DNA of 64,000 nucleotides from a virus: UHGV virus genome UHGV-1362809; one strand, 5' to 3'. Shown piece by piece: positions 57,937 to 64,000 of this stretch (position 1 is its first letter; each line of letters starts with the position of its first letter). The notes under the pieces were generated by a model. It saw only the letters and a program-made list of their open reading frames with translations, ran no database searches and was not told where the DNA came from. The position numbers and the translations under genes were made by a program.

Positions 57937-59940
57937 CTACTTTGCTGAGTCACGTAATTGTACCAACCTATCTAATAAATTTCTATTATACATAGGATAA
58001 ACTTTAGTTGAAGCTTGTTCTAAAGCTATACTATCGGATTGCATTTGTTTTTGATTACGCTTTTCAGCTAAGTTAGATAAGGCATGTGCCGCTTCTTTAT
58101 TTATTTTATCCTTCAATATACTCTTTTGACGAGCTGAAACCGAATGATGGCGACCTAAACTATCTATATAACGTGGGTCTAAGGTATCGTCAAATTTACG
58201 ACTCAAAATAGGTTTTTTCCTCAAAGAGGATACTGCTGAGAATTTGTTGGGTAAGGTATGACTAAATTCCATCATATCGTCGCCCATACCCATATTTTCA
58301 GCCATGTCTTCACCAGTACCCATTTGTGGCATACCTGTTATTTCAGAGAGTTTTTCTCTTACTTTCTTATCTTCTTCCAACTCATTCATTAGGTCTTCCA
58401 AAGATAATCCACCTGCGGCTGCCCACATACTAAGAGGAATTGGTAATCCAACCTCTTGTAGCTGACCCAGCACGTTGAAGTAATTTTCATCACCAATAGG
58501 AGATAGTTGTTTGTGCCAATGAATACTTGGGATTTCATAATTTGTAATGTCATCTACATTCAAAGACGTTGACAAGTCTCCAGCTGCCACTGCAACAAAC
58601 TCACCGTTTTTTCTAAACAATCCTGATTTACGCTGACCCTTAAAACAATGAGTACATCCATCAGAAACAGAACCAGTTTCTTCAAACTTGTCTGGGTTAA
58701 TCTTAAAGTCGTTTTCCACAGCAATCGCAGGAAACATCTTATCGTAAAAGATTTCTGACTCCATGTAAGAACGAGTCACTTTAAGGTCTTCAGTAAACAC
58801 TGAAAGAGCCACTTCCATTGTTGAATACGTAGCATCTCCACTAAGAAAGGATTCGTTAATACCCAAGGCATTTAATTTGGCATGGGTTGCAAAATCAAAT
58901 ATGTCAGTCCACTTCCAAAAGTCCTCAGGATTTTTAACCGTAGTTGGATTTATACCTGTACGAGTCGCCACAATGGCATTAACAGGATCCATATCAGCAT
59001 CTCTAAACAAGTTTGCAATATTAGTTAGTTCAGAAGTAGAAGGAGTCCAGTTTTCGTCACCACAAACAAGCTGTAAAATTGGAGATTGACGACGCATAGC
59101 ACGGTCAATCGTACCTTTAATAATAGCCTTTTCAACTAAGTGAATTGCTAACACACGTCTATAAATTGAATGACCTTTGTATTCACTGGATAAGCCACGA
59201 CGAGGTACAAACAAAGTAGCAGAAGGAGATAATTCTACTTTCCCTTTTTTCATACCTTGAAGTATGTAATCAGGCAACATCTGTCGAACTTGCTGTAACC
59301 GTGGGTCTTTACTGGCTAATAGCTTTTTCAGATTTTCACCAAAGTTTACGTCAATAATTGGATCCATTCCCGCAAACGGCAGCCAAGTAAATTCGCAGGT
59401 ATCCAAATCGTGCGCCATCATTGACGTAAAAATCTTACGGTTTTCGTCAAAGTTAAGACTACCAAGAAATGCACCTAAGGCATAATAGTCCACCGTAATA
59501 ACAGGTAACTGCTTTGTTATCAAAATGTTTTCTACGCTTTGTAGGTACTTTTCAAGACGTTTTGGATCTTTAACACCCGTAAGAGTAAAATCACTAAAAG
59601 GTAGATTGGCTTTTAGGTCAACAGCAGAACCACATATAGCGTCATAATTGTACAAATCCTTATACAATTTACGAAATATGGCACCGTTACTCTCTTCTGA
59701 AGGCAAAAACCCTGATAGGGTATTGTACAGGGTAGGATATTGTAGCGCCCCACCTGTCATACCATATCCTTGAGTATTCCCTCCACCCATACCAGAACCC
59801 ATAACATCGGCTGTTTCGGTATATGCACGGTCAGCCTTAGCTACTGTCTTTATATCTCTTTTTTGTTCAGGACGGGGTACAAATACATTTTTGCCCAATG
59901 TATTTGCCTGAACTGAATAAACGCCATAACCTTTAAGCAT
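57937..59940 (-). CDS. Portal protein candidate (667 aa)
   Basis: Size and position immediately downstream of the terminase. Acidic C-terminus. No motif verified. Confidence 0.4.
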   Translation of the reverse strand: MLKGYGVYSVQANTLGKNVFVPRPEQKRDIKTVAKADRAYTETADVMGSGMGGGNTQGYGMTGGALQYPTLYNTLSGFLPSEESNGAIFRKLYKDLYNYDAICGSAVDLKANLPFSDFTLTGVKDPKRLEKYLQSVENILITKQLPVITVDYYALGAFLGSLNFDENRKIFTSMMAHDLDTCEFTWLPFAGMDPIIDVNFGENLKKLLASKDPRLQQVRQMLPDYILQGMKKGKVELSPSATLFVPRRGLSSEYKGHSIYRRVLAIHLVEKAIIKGTIDRAMRRQSPILQLVCGDENWTPSTSELTNIANLFRDADMDPVNAIVATRTGINPTTVKNPEDFWKWTDIFDFATHAKLNALGINESFLSGDATYSTMEVALSVFTEDLKVTRSYMESEIFYDKMFPAIAVENDFKINPDKFEETGSVSDGCTHCFKGQRKSGLFRKNGEFVAVAAGDLSTSLNVDDITNYEIPSIHWHKQLSPIGDENYFNVLGQLQEVGLPIPLSMWAAAGGLSLEDLMNELEEDKKVREKLSEITGMPQMGTGEDMAENMGMGDDMMEFSHTLPNKFSAVSSLRKKPILSRKFDDTLDPRYIDSLGRHHSVSARQKSILKDKINKEAAHALSNLAEKRNQKQMQSDSIALEQASTKVYPMYNRNLLDRLVQLRDSAK

Positions 59941-60011
59941 AATTTACCCCATAATATAACTGATAATATTATATAATAAAATTATTTCAAATATTATATG
60001 TTAGATGTCAA

Positions 60012-60215
60012 TTACAAAACTTTTTTTGTTTCTTCGACTGGTAAACAAACACGATCTTTTAAATCGACGTACACAGGAATACCATTACACTCGGTAACAA
60101 TCATTTGACGGTCACTAATAGGACTTGTAGCCGCTGTAGTTTCTAATTTTTCATTATCTTCTTTAAAAGCTGAAATTAGTTTAATCATAACAACCTCCAT
60201 TTGTTGTATATTCAA
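60012..60215 (-). CDS. Small hypothetical protein (67 aa) between terminase and portal
   Basis: ORF only. Confidence 0.25.
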   Translation of the reverse strand: MNIQQMEVVMIKLISAFKEDNEKLETTAATSPISDRQMIVTECNGIPVYVDLKDRVCLPVEETKKVL

Positions 60216-60220
60216 AATTA

Positions 60221-63200
60221 TTACCCTCTACTACCGAGTGCATTGTTTGTATAACCTCCAGTAGGTCGAGATATGGCATTTGAGTTAGTAGAAATACCCA
60301 TCCCACCTCGACTACCTATAGCACCTCCAACGGAGGACTTAGATGCAACACCACTAAATAAAGGTTTGTAATTTTTGTCCACTAAATAGGAGTAAGCAAG
60401 TACTGTAGCTCTAAATATATCGTCAGTGTAATTTCCACCCTTTTCAACTGTTTTTTCTCCATCGTCCTGTACAGTAACCAACTGTAAGGCAAAGTGACAC
60501 ATAGGAGTACCACGTTCACTCTGAGGATAGCCGTCAACCAAAGTACTTATTTGATTTATAGGCTTTTCAAGTTTAGGAAACAACATACCGTCGTTCAGTA
60601 AACTTTCCTTAAACGACGAAAAGTCCGCGTACTTAACTGAATACTGTTCAACTTGTATTCCTTTTTCAGCCTCAATATCGTCTAACAGTTTTGCGGAGTT
60701 CCATCTATCGCTTACTACCATTTTTACATTGTAAGCCTCTATTATTTTGTAAATAACATCCTTACAAATATGGGTAAAATTTATAGGAATAGTTCTATCG
60801 GGTATGATTTCTGCAAGCGCATCAAAAACAGGCTTATCCTGTTGTTTATCAAAATGACCCAAACAAAGTGCAAAGGAGTTATTTACTCGTCCAGCGTCGA
60901 TTGCAAGTACTTTGGGCGTGTTGCTATCTGTCCAGTTAGAACTAATAATAGCAGTAGTCATTTTGTTGCCTGCTTTAGTGTCAAAATTGCGGTGACTCAA
61001 CACAAAGGCATTTTTAGTATCGGAAAAACAGGATTTTATCAACTGTAGGTCTGAAATGTATGGGTATGCGGACGAAGGAGGTATACACATATAGTCACGC
61101 ATAAAACCAACAGGATCGTTCCGTTCATCGTCACTAAAGGAGTCCCTTGTATAGGTAGGATTAAATTCCCAAGTCGCATACTTTCTACCGAATATATATT
61201 TAGAAGTTTTTGTCTGCTCATACAAACGCATAATTTTATCGTTTACGGACGAAGGGGAGGAAATATTACCAAATAATGGATTTAGAACATTATCCTGTCC
61301 TTGTTTGTACAAGTTTATCGTAGCTGTATGTACTGTTCTAAAAGAGTTGAGAATAGCTTTATGTAGCTCATCAGCGTCATATTTAACCGACCCCGACTGA
61401 TTTGCCATAAACCATCCGAGCTCATCAATTACAGCTGATGTTCGCGTATTGTGGACTAAAATATTAGAACACGAAAACAAACTATCCTTATTATCTACTG
61501 TAACGTCATAGACAGTTTTTTTCTTTAATTTTTTTACTTTGACAACTTTTTGGACCAGTACGTTACAGTCCTCATATTTTCTAAAGGATCCATTTTTGTT
61601 TATATTAGCCTCGACGCAACAATACCCTTTAAAGTGAGGTATTTTTTCTGCCGTATAGTCTGTCTTGTTATTAATTGTATAATCTTTTCTATACTGTCTT
61701 TTATTTATTCCAGTATAGTTTTTCATATATAAATAGCTACTATGGTGGGATACCTTTACAAGATATTCATTATAATGTTTTCTTAGTGTTGATATATATC
61801 CTAAACTAAAGAAAAGTAGCTGGAGTTGTTTAGCCATCTTTTTACTAAGCGTGGAATAAATAATCCCGGTATGATTACTTCCACGTGCAATTTGTCCATC
61901 GCAACTAACCATAGCATCTATACAATTTCTTATACATTCTTCTGGTGCCTGCAATATAGACCATGGAATAGTCTTACTTTTAGCAAGCGCAAATCTTACC
62001 CCTAAGTAATCAAAAAAGTCTAATATAGGTTTATTACTAAATTCCACAGAATACAATTCACCATGTACGTATTCTCTGCCATCAATTCTGTCCTGCGGAT
62101 AAAATCCAAAACATTTATAAAAACATTTTTTAAAGTCCCTTATTTTAGCCATATTTCCGTTAGTAAAATTGATAGTGTAGTCACCATTAATCCAACCATC
62201 GGCTAATAAATATCCAATCAAACGAGCTAATTCGGGAGTCATTTTACTCGGAACTTTAATATTTTTCCAACAATACTCTAAATTAGGATTAAATACTTTG
62301 TGTAATTTATCGAACTTAAATTTCTTAGTAACAGTATAAATACAAGGAAGTTGATGTCCTAATGAATCTCTTGGCGATTGCCTTACCAGCATACCATTGT
62401 TTACCAATGGAGAAAGGTATAAAACAGATAATCTAGAGTTGCAACTAACCTTACAGATGTCGGACAACTCGTCAGTTTTTACTGTACCATGTTTTTCCAA
62501 GTATTTTCCTATTTTATAATAAGTAGGATACTTAATTTCATAACACAGTTTCAACTCCTTAGGAAACAAACTTTTTGTTTGTACAAATACCAATTTTCCT
62601 AACAGGTCTTTTTGTTGAACGAACTCCTCCTTACCCTTACTATTTAATGTCAGCACTCTATGGTCATAGGTAGCATCTAATTCCATTCCATTTTGTAAAG
62701 TTATTCTATACACCATCTTTTTTAATGGTTGTTTTACTTTGTTTATAATGGTGCGCACACCCTTCTTACAAAGGGTTTTATCACCTATCTTAACATTCTT
62801 CATAGGTATAAGACCACGATTTGTATTTACTAACACGTTACCTGGAATACAGTTACCACGAAGGGCACGGATATCAGGAGTTGCTACATAACCCATAGTA
62901 TTAACAGTACGATAACGATAGAAAGTATCCTTAATCGTGTACAAAGATTCTCCATACTTAGTACTATAATAATCTAACATTTCATTATAGCTTCTAAACC
63001 ATGGAGAAGTAGTTAGATAACCGTAGAGAGTATCATAAACAGATTGTTTGACCTGAGCAATAGTCAAAGCAGTATAAGTACGATGAAGCTGGGAAGAAGG
63101 CAGCAAGCCATAGGAGGAAATAAGATTAGGATATTTAAGAGTCCAATGCAAGTGATATGCTTCCATCATATCAAAAGTAGCGGATTTACCAGCACGTTGC

Positions 63201-63751
63201 CCCACCAATACCGCCATTTGTACATAGGGTCTTAGTTTGCCTTTATTGATATGCACACTTTTACGCCTACCACATTTAGGACATACTCCATACTCAAAAA
63301 ACTGCACATTTTCCTTAATGTCTTCATACGTTGCGTCAACAGGAAAACCTTCCTTCATCCAGGATTTATTACTACAGCGGGAACAAATTTCATTGAAGTA
63401 ATTAGCCCCGATTTCAATTTGCTTAGCATAAGGAGTAACCTTAAGATAACGAGGGTCTATTGTAAAAGTAAAAAAGTTAGGAGCTTGAGGAATATCACTG
63501 TCATCAATTTTTAGATTTTTTGGCATAAAATTATTTTGAGTAATGTCATCTAAGATACTCCAAATATCGTTATCCTGTTCCTTCGTAGGGTCGAATTTGA
63601 ATGGGTCAATAGCAGTAGACTGTTTTTGGAATTTTTCAATACTTACAGCTTCCGCAATCTTAAATTTGTCACATACATAACCAAAGGACTTATCTAAATT
63701 TTTGCACTTGACAAATCGTTTGCAGTCTAAACAACTATGTTGTAAATCCAT
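60221..63751 (-). CDS. Large terminase subunit interrupted by an intein. The precursor is 1176 aa and the spliced product would be ~708 aa.
   Basis: N-extein Walker A VLVGQRAGKS. The C-extein resumes TRTSAVIDELGWF (Walker B). The downstream nuclease-like motif is VLAIDAGRVNNSFAL. Two N-terminal zinc ribbons. ATG confirmed. Confidence 0.65.
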   Translation of the reverse strand: MDLQHSCLDCKRFVKCKNLDKSFGYVCDKFKIAEAVSIEKFQKQSTAIDPFKFDPTKEQDNDIWSILDDITQNNFMPKNLKIDDSDIPQAPNFFTFTIDPRYLKVTPYAKQIEIGANYFNEICSRCSNKSWMKEGFPVDATYEDIKENVQFFEYGVCPKCGRRKSVHINKGKLRPYVQMAVLVGQRAGKSATFDMMEAYHLHWTLKYPNLISSYGLLPSSQLHRTYTALTIAQVKQSVYDTLYGYLTTSPWFRSYNEMLDYYSTKYGESLYTIKDTFYRYRTVNTMGYVATPDIRALRGNCIPGNVLVNTNRGLIPMKNVKIGDKTLCKKGVRTIINKVKQPLKKMVYRITLQNGMELDATYDHRVLTLNSKGKEEFVQQKDLLGKLVFVQTKSLFPKELKLCYEIKYPTYYKIGKYLEKHGTVKTDELSDICKVSCNSRLSVLYLSPLVNNGMLVRQSPRDSLGHQLPCIYTVTKKFKFDKLHKVFNPNLEYCWKNIKVPSKMTPELARLIGYLLADGWINGDYTINFTNGNMAKIRDFKKCFYKCFGFYPQDRIDGREYVHGELYSVEFSNKPILDFFDYLGVRFALAKSKTIPWSILQAPEECIRNCIDAMVSCDGQIARGSNHTGIIYSTLSKKMAKQLQLLFFSLGYISTLRKHYNEYLVKVSHHSSYLYMKNYTGINKRQYRKDYTINNKTDYTAEKIPHFKGYCCVEANINKNGSFRKYEDCNVLVQKVVKVKKLKKKTVYDVTVDNKDSLFSCSNILVHNTRTSAVIDELGWFMANQSGSVKYDADELHKAILNSFRTVHTATINLYKQGQDNVLNPLFGNISSPSSVNDKIMRLYEQTKTSKYIFGRKYATWEFNPTYTRDSFSDDERNDPVGFMRDYMCIPPSSAYPYISDLQLIKSCFSDTKNAFVLSHRNFDTKAGNKMTTAIISSNWTDSNTPKVLAIDAGRVNNSFALCLGHFDKQQDKPVFDALAEIIPDRTIPINFTHICKDVIYKIIEAYNVKMVVSDRWNSAKLLDDIEAEKGIQVEQYSVKYADFSSFKESLLNDGMLFPKLEKPINQISTLVDGYPQSERGTPMCHFALQLVTVQDDGEKTVEKGGNYTDDIFRATVLAYSYLVDKNYKPLFSGVASKSSVGGAIGSRGGMGISTNSNAISRPTGGYTNNALGSRG
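61448..62851 (-). mobile_element. Intein (468 aa) with a LAGLIDADG homing endonuclease, inserted just upstream of Walker B of the terminase
   Basis: N-terminal block A CIPGNVLVNTNRGLIPMKNVKIGD follows extein ...ALRGN. LAGLIDADG-like motifs are LIGYLLADGWINGD and IDAMVSCDGQIARG. The C-terminal block G VYDVTVDNKDSLFSCSNILVHN is followed by T (the +1 nucleophile). Confidence 0.7.
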
Positions 63752-63766
63752 GTTATACCACCTCTC

Positions 63767-64000
63767 TACTCACACCTAACTCTCTTTTTAGATATTTTAT
63801 AAAAATCTTCTCTCTGCTCTATGCCAATAAATTTTCGTTTTAGATGTTTACAGGCAACCCCAGTAGTGCCAGAACCCATAAATAGGTCTAACACTATACC
63901 GTTTTTCAAGGAATGTAAATTTACTAATCGTTCCATCGGCACCAGTGGTTTTTGACTTGGATGCTGCTTACTTTTGTAATTTACAACAGGAAACTGATAC
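63767..64000 (-). CDS. DNA methyltransferase (beta-class N6A/N4C type), 3' portion only; the gene starts beyond the window
   Basis: The reverse-frame translation reads ..KQHPSQKPLVPMERLVNLHSLKNGIVLDLFMGSGTTGVACKHLKRKFIGIEQREDFYKISKKRVRCE*. HP.QKP precedes D.F.GSGTT, as in the ParB-MTase/CcrM-like beta class. Confidence 0.75.

Noticed and set aside
59941-60011. Sigma-70-type promoter (TTGACA ... TATAAT) upstream of the portal gene
   Set aside because: Both hexamers occur, but spacing to a consistent -10 is not 16-18 nt in any register I could find. The region is simply AT-rich, so it is not reported as a feature.

Overview
This AT-rich 64-kb window is almost entirely the late-gene region of a large tailed dsDNA phage, or a prophage of similar layout. 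Nearly every gene is on the minus strand, and the transcribed direction runs from high to low coordinates.

Reading in that direction, the window contains:
- the 3' end of a beta-class DNA methyltransferase (63767..64000);
- a large terminase gene interrupted by a LAGLIDADG intein;
- a portal candidate;
- fibre-like virion proteins, one with three ~252-bp in-frame tandem repeats;
- an accessory block (GNAT, UvdE-like endonuclease, sigma-region-4-like HTH);
- a single plus-strand RuvC-like resolvase gene, bounded by a 15-bp perfect inverted repeat and a bidirectional terminator;
- a lysis cassette (overlapped i-/o-spanin pair, a 393-aa single-TM protein, an M15 peptidase endolysin), which points to a Gram-negative host;
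- a free-standing homing-endonuclease-like gene;
- a block of virion genes containing four paralogs that share a ~55-aa N-terminal module, also seen as ~85-90% identical dispersed nucleotide repeats;
- an FtsK/SpoIIIE-like ATPase;
- a tape-measure-like protein with 11-residue periodicity;
- a Mu/P2-like contractile-tail baseplate module (LysM protein, gpV-like spike, gp25/W-like, J-like) and tail fibres.

At the distal end of this long operon (5531..13794) sits the most unusual content: four tandem radical-SAM paralogs interleaved with two PLP-dependent enzymes (Cys/Met-metabolism family, and cysteine-desulfurase-like class V), several unknown ORFs, and a protein ending in a microsatellite-encoded poly-Ser/Cys tail. 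A Lar-family zinc-ribbon protein and an intrinsic terminator follow it. I regard this as a candidate undescribed modification or biosynthesis cassette.

Shine-Dalgarno-like sites (AGGAG, GGAG, AAGGA) precede many starts. No rRNA, tRNA or CRISPR was found. Several ORF-track starts are TTG/GTG artefacts; I revised those I could check and note them in the evidence.
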